Source: Candidatus Gastranaerophilales bacterium (GTDB lineage Bacteria; Bacillota; Clostridia; Lachnospirales; Lachnospiraceae). From it: 64,000 nucleotides of DNA. Location: the NCBI GenBank assembly GCA_023663225.1, contig JAMPHU010000010.1:1513-65512 (forward strand). The letters are read 5' to 3'. The translations under genes and the position numbers were made by a program. The notes beneath the pieces were generated by a model, which had not been told where the DNA came from, did no database searches, and was given only the letters and a program-made list of their open reading frames with translations. This document shows positions 10,254 to 19,990 of the stretch, one piece after another; the first letter of the stretch is position 1, and each line of letters starts with the position of its first letter.

Positions 10254-10331
10254 AAATAAAGTTGCGCAAAAATGGAGAATCCTTTGTTGGAATTATACTT
10301 TTGAGGTCTTTGTTTTTTGTAGACTAGGGTA

Positions 10332-10360
10332 TTGACGACAAAAAAATAGAATAATATAAT
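10332..10360 (+). promoter_or_regulatory. Sigma-70-type promoter of the galactan ABC operon (TTGACG-N17-TATAAT)
   Basis: TTGACG at 10332-10337, 17-nt spacer, TATAAT at 10355-10360, about 80 nt upstream of the permease start. Confidence 0.55.
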
Positions 10361-10439
10361 AAAAATATAGTCAAGTAGTACAAAGAAACAAAAAATATGT
10401 GCGCAACAAACGCGCAACAAAAGGAGATGAGATGAAATC

Positions 10440-11390
10440 GTGAGTAGTAAAGCTGTAGCGAAGAAAAATGGCGGAGTCAAAGGGTTTTTTAAGAAGGTAT
10501 ACAAGTATCGTGCGTTTCTTTTGATGCTTTTGCCGTCGGTCATTTACACTTTGGTCTTTGCCTACTATCCGATGGCGGGCGTCGTGCTGGCGTTCAAAAA
10601 GTACACTTACGCGGGCGGCATCTGGGGAAGCGACTGGAACGGTTTAAAAAATTTCGAGTTCTTTTTTAAGTCCGGTCAGGCGGGACTTGTAATCAGGAAT
10701 ACCGTGTTGTACAATATCGTCTTTATCTGTGTCAACACGATCGCGCAGATCGCGGTAGCCATCCTGTTGACGGAGATACATAGCAAGTATTTCCGCAAGA
10801 TCAGCCAGTCTGTGATGTTCCTTCCCTATTTTATTTCCTGGGTTATCGTAGGCGTTATGGCGTTCAATATCTTCAGTTCGGACTACGGTTTCTTAAACAG
10901 CCTGATCGTGGCTCTGGGAGGAGAGAAGATCACCTTTTACACTACGCCTCAGGCGTGGCCCTTTATTTTGACTTTCTTTAACCTGTGGAAAGGGATCGGT
11001 TACGGTTCGGTCATGTATCTGGCGGCCATCATGGGGATTGACACCTCGATCTATGAGGCGGCGGCCATCGACGGCGCAAATGTGTTCCAGCGGATCTTCA
11101 AAGTGACCATTCCCATGATCATGCCCACGACCATTATCCTGTTCCTGCTCTCCGTGGGCGGTATTTTCAAAGGAAATTTCGACATGTTCTACAACCTGGT
11201 GGGAACCAACGGTCTGCTCTACAATTACACGGATGTGATCGACACCCTGACCTTCAGGGTTATGACAACCAATCAGGATTTCGGCATGTCCGCGGCGATC
11301 GGTTTGTTCCAGTCGGTGCTCTGCTTTATCACCGTCATATTGGTGAATAAGCTGGTGGGGCGTTATGACCGCGATTATACATTGTTCTAG
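10440..11390 (+). CDS. Sugar ABC transporter permease, LplB/MsmF-like
   Basis: Six-TM binding-protein-dependent permease. EAA-like loop YEAAAIDGANVFQRIFKVTIPMI. First of a permease-permease-SBP trio. Confidence 0.9.
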   Translation: MSSKAVAKKNGGVKGFFKKVYKYRAFLLMLLPSVIYTLVFAYYPMAGVVLAFKKYTYAGGIWGSDWNGLKNFEFFFKSGQAGLVIRNTVLYNIVFICVNTIAQIAVAILLTEIHSKYFRKISQSVMFLPYFISWVIVGVMAFNIFSSDYGFLNSLIVALGGEKITFYTTPQAWPFILTFFNLWKGIGYGSVMYLAAIMGIDTSIYEAAAIDGANVFQRIFKVTIPMIMPTTIILFLLSVGGIFKGNFDMFYNLVGTNGLLYNYTDVIDTLTFRVMTTNQDFGMSAAIGLFQSVLCFITVILVNKLVGRYDRDYTLF

Positions 11391-11401
11391 GAGGTGCGAG
11401 G

Positions 11402-12328
11402 ATGCAAGCGACAAGCAATCATTTGGGAAAGGTAAAAAAAGGCAATGACGTTATTGTGTTAAATATTATCGCATATACCTTTTGCGGTTTAGTAGCGCTG
11501 ATCTGTCTGATCCCGTTTTTGATGATATTGGCGGGTTCCTTCTCATCGGAGAAGGCGATCATACAAAACGGTTTCAGCCTGCTGCCCCAGGATTTTTCTC
11601 TGGAGGCGTACAAGACGGTGTTTGAACAGCCCATGGTGGTGATCAGGGCGTATGCGACCACGATCTGCCTGACGTTGGCTGGGACGGCGCTGGGCCTGGC
11701 TCTGCAGACCATGACCGCCTATGTGTTGGCGAGAAAGGAATTTGAGTGGAGGAACGTGTTTTCCTTTTTCTTCTACTTTACCACCCTGTTCAGCGGCGGT
11801 CTGGTTCCTTACTATCTGTTGATCAGACAGACCCTTCATCTGACAGACTCCTATCTGGCCCTGCTGCTTCCGCTCTTGTTCAGCGTGTACAATCTGCTGA
11901 TTATGAAGAGTTACATCATGGCCATACCCGAATCTCTCATCGACGCCGCCAAGATCGACGGCTGCGGAGAATTTCGGACTTTGGTGCAGGTGGTGCTGCC
12001 CTTGATCAAACCGGCCTTGGCGACGGTGGGCTTATTTATCGCTCTGGCGTACTGGAACGACTGGTACAATGCGATGTTGTATATCAATACGGAAGAAAAG
12101 TGGCCGCTGCAGTATTTCCTCTACAAGCGGATCAACGATATCGAGGGTTACAAAAAGCTGATCGCCAACGGTACGGTCAGCGGCGCGGTGGTAAGTTCCA
12201 TGTCCCTGCCCACACAGACCCTCAAGATGGCGCTGACCATCGTGGTCACGGGGCCCATTGTCCTGGCGTATCCACTCGTACAGAAGTACTTTGTGCAGGG
12301 CATCACCATAGGGGCGGTAAAAGGATGA
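11402..12328 (+). CDS. Sugar ABC transporter permease, LplC/MsmG-like
   Basis: EAA loop LIDAAKIDGCGEFRTLVQVVLPLIKP. Polytopic. Adjacent to the first permease. Confidence 0.9.
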   Translation: MQATSNHLGKVKKGNDVIVLNIIAYTFCGLVALICLIPFLMILAGSFSSEKAIIQNGFSLLPQDFSLEAYKTVFEQPMVVIRAYATTICLTLAGTALGLALQTMTAYVLARKEFEWRNVFSFFFYFTTLFSGGLVPYYLLIRQTLHLTDSYLALLLPLLFSVYNLLIMKSYIMAIPESLIDAAKIDGCGEFRTLVQVVLPLIKPALATVGLFIALAYWNDWYNAMLYINTEEKWPLQYFLYKRINDIEGYKKLIANGTVSGAVVSSMSLPTQTLKMALTIVVTGPIVLAYPLVQKYFVQGITIGAVKG

Positions 12329-12379
12329 CATGTGTTATGGTAATTATGAAATGATTACATAAATTTAAAGGAGGTTTCT

Positions 12380-13939
12380 ATGAAAAAGAGAATGAAAAAA
12401 GTAGCGGCACTTCTCTTGAGTGCGGTAATGACAGTCGGACTGTTGGCCGGCTGCGGCAACGATGACAGCAAGTCTTCCGGTTCAGGCTCTCAGTCAGGAT
12501 CAGGAAGCGGGGGGGCGATCGATACCTCCGAGCATGTGGATCTGAAGATGTATCTGCTCGGCGACAGAACGGCGGATTTTGACGAGGTCTACGCGGAGAT
12601 CAACAAGATTTTGGAGGAGAAACTCAACTGCTCTATCTCCGTTGATTTCCTTTCCTGGGGCGACCATGATACGAGATATTCCCTCCTGTTCTCCGGCGGA
12701 GAGGACTTTGACCTGATCTTTACGGCGTCCAGTTGGGGACATTATGAGCCGACGGTTGCCATGGGCGGTTTCTATGAGATGAGCGAGGAGTTTATCCAGA
12801 CCTATGCTCCCGACATCTGGGAGGTCGTGCCCGAGATGGCCTGGAGCCAGGCGAGGATCGACGGCAAGGTCTACATGGTGCCCAACTATCAGAATGAGTT
12901 CAATCAGGATGTGCTGGCTGTCCGCGGCGATCTGATGGAGAAGTACGGAATCTCTGATATCACCAACTGGGATGAGCTGGTTGCGTTCTACAAGGCGTGC
13001 GCGGCAGACGGCGTGTACGCAAGCCAGGGCGGCCCTTGGTATCAGTATTTCCAGGCGCAGGGAATGGCCATCACCGGCGGCGCTCCCAAGTCCGGCGAGT
13101 TGATCCTGTACCATACCCAGGATCCTTCCGATCTGAATTTTACCTATATTCTTGACTGGGAAGGATTTGAGGAGTATTGTCTGCAGATGAAAGAGCTGGC
13201 AAGCCTTGGCTGCTGGTCTCCCGATGTGCTCAGCTCCAACGATGAGAGACAGACCGGTCTGCTCACCGGCAGGACCGCGGGCATGATCTGGAACCTGGGA
13301 AGTTGCAAGACTTATGCGGCGCAGGCAAATGCGGAGAACCCTGATTGGAATGTGACTTTAGTGGATCCTGTCACCAGCGCGGACAAGAAGGTTAATTCCT
13401 ATATCAACAATGGTATGGCGATCAATGCCAACAGCAAGAATCCTGAGAGAGCGATGATGGTTCTCAATGAATTTTACACCAATCCTGAGATCAATGACTT
13501 GACTAGATTCGGTATTGAAGGCAAGCATTGGGAGGCAGTCGGCGACGATCAGTACAAGGTGCTCGATGAGAGCAACTACGGCGTTGACTCCAACTGCAAC
13601 TGGGGTTGGATGAACAATGACATCAAGAGAACGGAGTACATTGAGAACAGGACTCCTCTGGACGATACTTATGATGCAATGTTGGCGAGCTGGAATGAGC
13701 ATGTAAAGGAAGAGCACGTATATGACGGCTTTAACTTTGACAACACGAATGTGACGACCCAGATGGCGGCTGTGGATGCGGCTGTGGCGACCTACTACGA
13801 TCCGCTGGTAAACGGTCTGGTGGACGATGTGGAGAAGTCTCTGGAAGAGTTCAGAGCGGCAATGGAAAAAGCGGGTATCCGCGATATCATTACGGAATTA
13901 GAGCTGCAGGCAGCGGAGTATGTCGAGTCTAAGCAGTAG
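12380..13939 (+). CDS. Extracellular solute-binding lipoprotein, LplA-like (oligosaccharide binding)
   Basis: Lipoprotein signal LLSAVMTVGLLAGCGND with a Ser/Gly linker. About 500-aa family-1 SBP of the type paired with LplBC permeases. Confidence 0.9.
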   Translation: MKKRMKKVAALLLSAVMTVGLLAGCGNDDSKSSGSGSQSGSGSGGAIDTSEHVDLKMYLLGDRTADFDEVYAEINKILEEKLNCSISVDFLSWGDHDTRYSLLFSGGEDFDLIFTASSWGHYEPTVAMGGFYEMSEEFIQTYAPDIWEVVPEMAWSQARIDGKVYMVPNYQNEFNQDVLAVRGDLMEKYGISDITNWDELVAFYKACAADGVYASQGGPWYQYFQAQGMAITGGAPKSGELILYHTQDPSDLNFTYILDWEGFEEYCLQMKELASLGCWSPDVLSSNDERQTGLLTGRTAGMIWNLGSCKTYAAQANAENPDWNVTLVDPVTSADKKVNSYINNGMAINANSKNPERAMMVLNEFYTNPEINDLTRFGIEGKHWEAVGDDQYKVLDESNYGVDSNCNWGWMNNDIKRTEYIENRTPLDDTYDAMLASWNEHVKEEHVYDGFNFDNTNVTTQMAAVDAAVATYYDPLVNGLVDDVEKSLEEFRAAMEKAGIRDIITELELQAAEYVESKQ

Positions 13940-14023
13940 TAAGCATTTTTTGGCAAGGGTTGTTGCATCCGCTGTGATGTGACAACCCTTTGTCTATGTA
14001 AGGGTGAGAAAGGGCAGCGATCT

Positions 14024-15004
14024 ATGACATTAGAGAAGATGGCGAGAGAACTCGGCGTATCCAAAAGCACTGTGTCCAGGGCTCTGTCCGGCAAGGGCAG
14101 GATCGGGGAAGAAACCCGACAGAAAATACAGGAATTTGCAAGGCAGCAGGGGAATGACAAAGAGCAGGCCCGATTGACTGCCACCAAGAATCTGGGAGTG
14201 GTCCTGCCGGGAGATGTCTATCTGAACGGAGGCAACTATTTTCAGGAGTGTATTTTGGGCGTCTGTGAGACGGCGACTTTTTTGGATTACAATGTTTTGA
14301 TCACTACGGACACGGTGAATGACACGTCGGGGATACGGGTTTTGGTGGAAAAAGGGAAGGTGGACGGCATCATCCTCACCAGAAGCTTAGAGGACGATGC
14401 GGCGATCCGATATTTGATCGAACAGGGGTTCCCTGTGGGACTGACGGGAAATTGTGACAGAGAAGATGTGATCCAGGTGGACACGGACAATGAGGCGGCG
14501 TCGGAGGAACTCACTTCTCTGTTGGTGGGAAAAGGCTATCGGAGATTTGCAATCTTGATCGACAATATGGAGTACCTCGTCAATAAGAGCCGTTACAGGG
14601 GATTTAGCAGAGCGCTCTTAAAAAATGGGATCGCCCCCGAACAGCAGAAGGTTATGGTCGGTCCGGTGAAGATGGAACTTTTAAATGCCGTTATCTATGA
14701 GCTGATCGCCAGTAGGGTGGAGTGTATTATCTGCGGGGACGATGTGATCTGCACGCGGGTGATGTCCCATCTGCAGGCGGAGGGGTATCGGATCCCTCGG
14801 GATATCGCGGTGGCTTCTCTGTATAACAATCCCAATCTGGACTGCTTTTCTCCCTCCGTCACGGCGGTGAATGTGTCCACCAGGCAGGTGGGAAACGAGA
14901 TCTGTAAACAGATGATCCATTTTCTCACGGGGAAAGAGTATCAAAAGAAAACGATGGTGGACTACGAGATCTTAATGAGAAAATCCACGAGTACGATCGT
15001 GTAG
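14024..15004 (+). CDS. LacI-family transcriptional regulator
   Basis: N-terminal HTH MTLEKMARELGVSKSTVSRALSG, followed by a periplasmic-binding-protein-like sugar-binding fold. ATG 14024 preferred over the ORF-track start. Confidence 0.9.
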   Translation: MTLEKMARELGVSKSTVSRALSGKGRIGEETRQKIQEFARQQGNDKEQARLTATKNLGVVLPGDVYLNGGNYFQECILGVCETATFLDYNVLITTDTVNDTSGIRVLVEKGKVDGIILTRSLEDDAAIRYLIEQGFPVGLTGNCDREDVIQVDTDNEAASEELTSLLVGKGYRRFAILIDNMEYLVNKSRYRGFSRALLKNGIAPEQQKVMVGPVKMELLNAVIYELIASRVECIICGDDVICTRVMSHLQAEGYRIPRDIAVASLYNNPNLDCFSPSVTAVNVSTRQVGNEICKQMIHFLTGKEYQKKTMVDYEILMRKSTSTIV

Positions 15005-15029
15005 GACGGCGGAAAAGAGAGGAGTGAGT

Positions 15030-16556
15030 ATGCTGGATTTTTATAAAGGAGTGGATATCTCCGGTCTCCCCCAGTACCTTGACGAGGGGATGCAAATTAA
15101 GGACGAGGACGGCACAGCTATGGAACCCTTTGCCCTTTTGAAAAAGCACGGCGCAAACGCCGTCAGGCTGCGCATCTGGAATGAGCCGGAGAATGAGCCG
15201 AGGTCCAAGGGATATTGCGATTTGGCGCATACTTTGGAGATGGCAAAAAAGAGTAAAGAAAACGGCATGAGCTTTTTGTTGAACTTCCATTATTCCGATT
15301 TTTGGGCGGATCCCGCCAATCAGAGAAAACCGAAAGCCTGGGAGGGGTTAGACAGGGAAGCTTTGGAGGAGGCTGTCTTTGCCTATACAAGGGATACCTT
15401 GCTTGCCCTGGAGCGTCAAGGGACGCTTCCCGACATGGTTCAGATCGGAAATGAGATCCGCAGCGGCCTGTTGTTTCCGGAAGGAGAACTGCCGGATTAT
15501 GAGGGAATGGTGCGGTTGGTGAACGCGGGCATAAAGGGAGCCAGAGCGGTGGCAGGGCAGGAGCGGATGCAGGTGATGATCCATTTGGACCAGGGGGGCA
15601 GGTATGAATGGCTGCATGAGTGGTTTGAAGGCGCCATGGCGCACGGTCTGTTGGATTTTGATCTGATCGGACTCTCCTATTATCCTTTTTGGCACGGCAC
15701 CTATCTGGATCTGCGACATTCCCTGGACTGTCTGCTGCGGGATTACAACAAACCCATTTTGATCGTGGAGACGGCCTATGCCTGGCGGGAGAGCGCGAAA
15801 GGGTTTATAGATGAAGAACAGATCCGTATCAGCGGCCTTCCCGCCACCCCCGAGGGACAGAGGCGGCTGTTGGAGGCAGTCATGCATTTGACGGCGTCCC
15901 TGCCGGACAAAATGGGCCGCGGCGTGTACTATTGGGAGCCTTTGTGTGTGCCGGATCCCGCGGGGGGAGGCTGGGCCGAGAACATGGGACTGCTCGATGC
16001 GGAGGGCAGAGCGTTGGAGGGGATAAGAGCCTTTGCAGCGACCAGAGCGGAAATGGAAAAGGAGCCTAATGGGTGGAACGAGCTGCTGGCGCGTGCGCAG
16101 GGAACGGACGTGGGAGCTAAGCTGGACCGCAGCGGGCAAAATCTGCTTGAGAACGGTAACTTTGCCCATGGCTTGGAGGGTTGGCAGATGGAGACGAGCG
16201 AGGAGACTCTGCAGACTGCCCTAAAGCCGGAGCTGGTCGTCAGTTCGCAGAAGAATTTCAGGTGGAAACTGGAACAGACTATTTTTCTGCAGGAGGGAGG
16301 CGTATATAGTCTGTGGGTGGAGTTTAAGGGAGTGGACACCACCGGCGTGGATGTCAGATTGTACGCAAAATGTGGGGAGGAATGTTATGAGAGAGTGATT
16401 CATCCCACGGAACACGCCTGGACGGCATATGAGGTCAGGGGGATCGAATGTCCGGCCGGAGAAGTCAACGTCGGCGTTATGATCTCTTCGCCGCCGATTT
16501 GTGTGTCAATGCGAAATTTTGGTTTTGTCAGAAGAGGAGGATGTGAGGAAAGATGA
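15030..16556 (+). CDS. Arabinogalactan endo-beta-1,4-galactanase (GH53) with a C-terminal carbohydrate-binding-like domain
   Basis: GH53 signatures KGVDISGL, NAVRLRIWNEP, FHYSDFWADP, VQIGNEI and ETAYAW. No signal peptide seen. About 130-aa C-terminal extension. Confidence 0.85.
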   Translation: MLDFYKGVDISGLPQYLDEGMQIKDEDGTAMEPFALLKKHGANAVRLRIWNEPENEPRSKGYCDLAHTLEMAKKSKENGMSFLLNFHYSDFWADPANQRKPKAWEGLDREALEEAVFAYTRDTLLALERQGTLPDMVQIGNEIRSGLLFPEGELPDYEGMVRLVNAGIKGARAVAGQERMQVMIHLDQGGRYEWLHEWFEGAMAHGLLDFDLIGLSYYPFWHGTYLDLRHSLDCLLRDYNKPILIVETAYAWRESAKGFIDEEQIRISGLPATPEGQRRLLEAVMHLTASLPDKMGRGVYYWEPLCVPDPAGGGWAENMGLLDAEGRALEGIRAFAATRAEMEKEPNGWNELLARAQGTDVGAKLDRSGQNLLENGNFAHGLEGWQMETSEETLQTALKPELVVSSQKNFRWKLEQTIFLQEGGVYSLWVEFKGVDTTGVDVRLYAKCGEECYERVIHPTEHAWTAYEVRGIECPAGEVNVGVMISSPPICVSMRNFGFVRRGGCEER

Positions 16557-18640
16557 AACGTGAAGAATATAGCTACAACAGTCAGTGCCTTTTAAAGAAT
16601 GGCAGACCTTGGTTCCCGTTGATGGGAGAGATGCATTACAGCAGGTATCGGTGGGAGCTTTGGGAGGAATCTCTGCGCAAGATGAAGGCGGGGGGTGTGA
16701 CGATCGTGTCCACCTATGTGATCTGGATCCACCATGAGGAGGAGCAGGGCGTCTTTGACTTTACAGGGAGCAGAGACGTAAGAAAATTTTTGGAGCTCTG
16801 CGACAAGGTGGGACTCAAGGTGTTTTTGCGCTCCGGCCCCTGGGTGCACGGGGAAGTGCGAAACGGCGGTTTTCCGGATTGGTTGATGGCGCTTGAGAAG
16901 GACGGTGTAAAGCTGCGGAGCAATGATGAGAAATATCTGTTTTATGTGCGGCGTTTTTGGGAGCAGGTGTACCATCAGGTGGAAGGGTTCTTTGACAAGG
17001 ATGGCGGCCCTATTATCGGGATGCAGTTGGAGAATGAGTACGGTCATGTGGGCGGCTTAAAAGGGGAAGCGGGCGAGGCGCACATGCGCACGCTGCACGC
17101 CCTGGCGAGAGAGCTTGGGTTTGATGTGCCTCTGTACACCGCCACCGGCTGGGGAGGCGCCTGCATTGGGGATGCGCTGCCTGTCATGGGCGGCTACTGT
17201 GAGGCCCCCTGGGATCGGAGCACAGGGGAGTTGTCCGCCAACACCAACTATGTGATCAGCAGCGTGCGCAACGATGCGTTGATCGCCTGTGATCACCATG
17301 TGGAGGACGCGGTGACCTTTGACGAGTCCCGCTTCCCTTATCTGACGGCGGAGCTGGGCGGAGGCGTACAGGTTACAGGACACAGAAGGCCTGTGGCATC
17401 GGGGACGGATATCGGGGCTATGTCCACGGTGAAGTTGGCCAGCGGCGTGGCGCTTTTGGGCTATTATATGTATCACGGCGGGAGTAATCCCGAGGGGAAA
17501 TTCTCCACGCTCCAGGAGAGCTGTGACGCGGGCGACTTAAATAATCTGCCGGAGATCAACTATGATTTTAACGCGCCGATCAGACAATATGGAGCCATTT
17601 CCGACACCTATAAAGAGATCAAGCTTTTGGCGGCCTTTTTACAGGATTTCGGGGAGGATATGGCGGCATTGCCGGCTGAGATTGAGACGGAGGATGTCAG
17701 GCCCGAGGATATGCATACCCTGAGAAAGTCCTGTAGACATGATGGGGAGCACGGCTATGTGTTTTTCAACAATTATCAGAGGCGCAGAACCATGGAGGAA
17801 CATCGGGATGTGGTGTTTGAGGGAATCTGTGGGGAAGGTGTGGTCAAATTCCCCTCGGTTACCATCAAAAGCGGAGCGTATGGTTTCTTTCCCTATCACA
17901 TGCGCCTGGGGGACGCTGTGTTAAAGTATGCTCTCGCGACTCCTTTTTGCAGATTGTCGGGCGGCGGCTCGGAGGTCTTTGTGTTCTACGGCGACTGTGA
18001 GCCGGAGTTTGTCTGGGTGGACGACAAGGCGGCGCAAGTGCTGCATTTGTCCAGAGCGCAGGCTTTGGATGCCTGGAAGGTGACACTGGAGCGGGATTAT
18101 CTGGTCTTAAGTAAAAATTATGTCTGGGAGCAGGAGGGCAGCTTGAAGGTCACGGGGGAGGCTAAGACCAAGATCGCCGTCTATCCTGAACTCACAAAAG
18201 CGCCGGAAGGGTTTGTCAAGACCGGAAAGGATGGCGAATTTACCCTGTATGAGCGCAAGATGTCAGAGCAGAGAGCCAAAGTGGAATTTGTGCAGTCCGC
18301 AGGGACGGAGGAGACGGCTGTCTACGAGCTGACCATCCATTACGCCGGCAAGGAGGATCGCGCTGTCGGCAGGGATACCATTCTCTTGCTGGATTATGAA
18401 GGGTTTGGAATGGATATTTATGCGGGGACGTATCCGGAGGGGAAAAAGATCAACGATCACTTTTACACGGGGCAGCAAGTGCCGTTGAGCCTGGGATATT
18501 TTGACTTTCCGGAGAAGCTCACCGTGGTGGTGAACGCGCTGCACGAGGGCGACAAAGTGTTTTTGGAGACATGGCCGAGTTTCTGCGACGGCAAGGCCTG
18601 CCGGCTGAAGGCTGTGGAGGTCAGAGAGGAATACAGATAG
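16553..18640 (+). CDS. Beta-galactosidase, GH35 family
   Basis: GH35 N-terminal pattern NGRPWFPLMGEMHYSRY..GGVTIVSTYVIWIHHE..GVFDF..GPWVHGEVRNGGFPDWL..MQLENEYGH. 4-nt overlap with the GH53 gene. Confidence 0.85.
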   Translation: MKREEYSYNSQCLLKNGRPWFPLMGEMHYSRYRWELWEESLRKMKAGGVTIVSTYVIWIHHEEEQGVFDFTGSRDVRKFLELCDKVGLKVFLRSGPWVHGEVRNGGFPDWLMALEKDGVKLRSNDEKYLFYVRRFWEQVYHQVEGFFDKDGGPIIGMQLENEYGHVGGLKGEAGEAHMRTLHALARELGFDVPLYTATGWGGACIGDALPVMGGYCEAPWDRSTGELSANTNYVISSVRNDALIACDHHVEDAVTFDESRFPYLTAELGGGVQVTGHRRPVASGTDIGAMSTVKLASGVALLGYYMYHGGSNPEGKFSTLQESCDAGDLNNLPEINYDFNAPIRQYGAISDTYKEIKLLAAFLQDFGEDMAALPAEIETEDVRPEDMHTLRKSCRHDGEHGYVFFNNYQRRRTMEEHRDVVFEGICGEGVVKFPSVTIKSGAYGFFPYHMRLGDAVLKYALATPFCRLSGGGSEVFVFYGDCEPEFVWVDDKAAQVLHLSRAQALDAWKVTLERDYLVLSKNYVWEQEGSLKVTGEAKTKIAVYPELTKAPEGFVKTGKDGEFTLYERKMSEQRAKVEFVQSAGTEETAVYELTIHYAGKEDRAVGRDTILLLDYEGFGMDIYAGTYPEGKKINDHFYTGQQVPLSLGYFDFPEKLTVVVNALHEGDKVFLETWPSFCDGKACRLKAVEVREEYR

Positions 18641-18744
18641 GGAAGAATTTTTTCTTAAAAAGTTTATAATCGCCTTATTGACAAGCGGGAGATTCTGATA
18701 GAAAATAGTAGGAAGCGAACGATTGCAAATTATAGAAAAGAGGT

Positions 18745-19965
18745 ATGGGCGATATGACAAAGATTGATGTAGTGTCCGGTTTTTTGGGGGCGGGGAAGAC
18801 TACTTTGATAAAGAAGCTGCTTAGGGAAGCGCTGGACGGCAGCAAGACGGTGCTGATAGAGAACGAGTTTGGCGAGATTGGCATTGACGGCGGCTTCCTG
18901 CAGGAATCCGGCATTGAGATCAAGGAGATGAACTCCGGTTGTATCTGCTGTTCTCTGGTGGGCGATTTTGGGACTTCCCTGAAGGAAGTGATAAGCACTT
19001 ATGCGCCGGAGCGCATTTTGATCGAGCCTTCGGGTGTGGGAAAGCTTTCCGATGTCTTGAAGGCGGTGGAAAAGGTGGCGGCGGATCTGGATGTGCAGAT
19101 CAACAGCGCGGTAGCGGTGGTGGACGCCTCCAAGTGTAAAATGTATCTCAAAAACTTTGGAGAGTTTTTTATCAATCAGATCGCATACGCCGGCACGATC
19201 ATCTTGAGCAGGACAGATAAGCTCTCTCCCGAGAAGGTGGCGGAGTGCGTTGCCATGATCAGAGAGCACAACGGACAGGCGACCGTGATCACCACGCCTT
19301 TGGCGCAGTTGGAGGGCAAGGCGGTCTTAGACACGATCGAGGGCGCGGATAAGCTGGACGATCTGTTGAAGGAAATGATGGAGAAAGCGCAGGCGGAGCC
19401 GGAACATGAGCATCACCATCACCACGACCATGATGAGGACGAGGAGGAGCACGGTCACGGCTGTTGTCATCACCATGACCATGATGAGGACGAGGAGGAG
19501 CACGGCCATTGTCATCACCACGACCATGATGAGGATGAGGAGGAGCACGGTCATTGTCACCACCACCATGACCATGATGAGCACGAGCACGGCCACGGCT
19601 GTTGCCATGACCATGATGAGGACGATGAGCACGAGCACGACCACGGCTGTTGTCATCACCACGAGCACGGTCATCATCACGATCACGATGCGGACGAGGT
19701 CTTTTCCAGTTGGGGTGTTGAGACACCCAATGTCTACAGCAGGGAGGAGATCGAGAAGATCCTTACTGCCTTGGATAGCGGGGAGTACGGTATCGTGCTG
19801 CGCGCCAAGGGAATGGTTTCCGGCGGGGACGGCAAATGGATTTATTATGACTATGTTCCCGAGGAGCAGGAGGTCAGAGAGGGCGGTCCCCAGGTGACGG
19901 GGAAGATCTGCGTCATCGGCTCTCAGTTGAACGAGGACAAGCTTAAGAGCCTGTTCCGCGCGTAA
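18745..19965 (+). CDS. COG0523/CobW-family G3E GTPase (putative metallochaperone) with a His/Asp/Glu/Cys-rich insert
   Basis: Walker A GFLGAGKTTLI, CxCC motif GCICCS, ILSRTD (NKxD-like), about 100-aa His-rich linker, then a CobW C-terminal domain (GIVLRAKGMV..ICVIG). Alternative start ATG 18754. Confidence 0.85.
   Translation: MGDMTKIDVVSGFLGAGKTTLIKKLLREALDGSKTVLIENEFGEIGIDGGFLQESGIEIKEMNSGCICCSLVGDFGTSLKEVISTYAPERILIEPSGVGKLSDVLKAVEKVAADLDVQINSAVAVVDASKCKMYLKNFGEFFINQIAYAGTIILSRTDKLSPEKVAECVAMIREHNGQATVITTPLAQLEGKAVLDTIEGADKLDDLLKEMMEKAQAEPEHEHHHHHDHDEDEEEHGHGCCHHHDHDEDEEEHGHCHHHDHDEDEEEHGHCHHHHDHDEHEHGHGCCHDHDEDDEHEHDHGCCHHHEHGHHHDHDADEVFSSWGVETPNVYSREEIEKILTALDSGEYGIVLRAKGMVSGGDGKWIYYDYVPEEQEVREGGPQVTGKICVIGSQLNEDKLKSLFRA
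19402..19698 (+). repeat. Imperfect 45-57-nt coding tandem repeats (about 5 units) encoding C(C)HHHDHDEDEEEHGH
   Basis: Direct reading. Units begin near 19411, 19468, 19513, 19558 and 19606. Each ends in TGT or TGTTGT (Cys or Cys-Cys). Confidence 0.85.
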
Positions 19966-19990
19966 CGGTAAATGTAGAGAAAGGCGGCGT

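Noticed and set aside
13955-13990. 9-bp hairpin (AAGGGTTGT/ACAACCCTT) after the SBP gene
   Set aside because: There is no downstream T-tract on the plus strand, so it is not confidently a terminator. It could be a weak pause or processing structure.
18641-18744. Search for a Zur/Fur-type box upstream of the COG0523 genes (and 20997-21081 upstream of the ZIP gene)
   Set aside because: Only weak partial palindromes were found (for example GAATA-N4-TATTC at about 21043-21056). Nothing resembles the TCGTAAT-N-ATTACGA-type Zur box, so no regulatory site is called.
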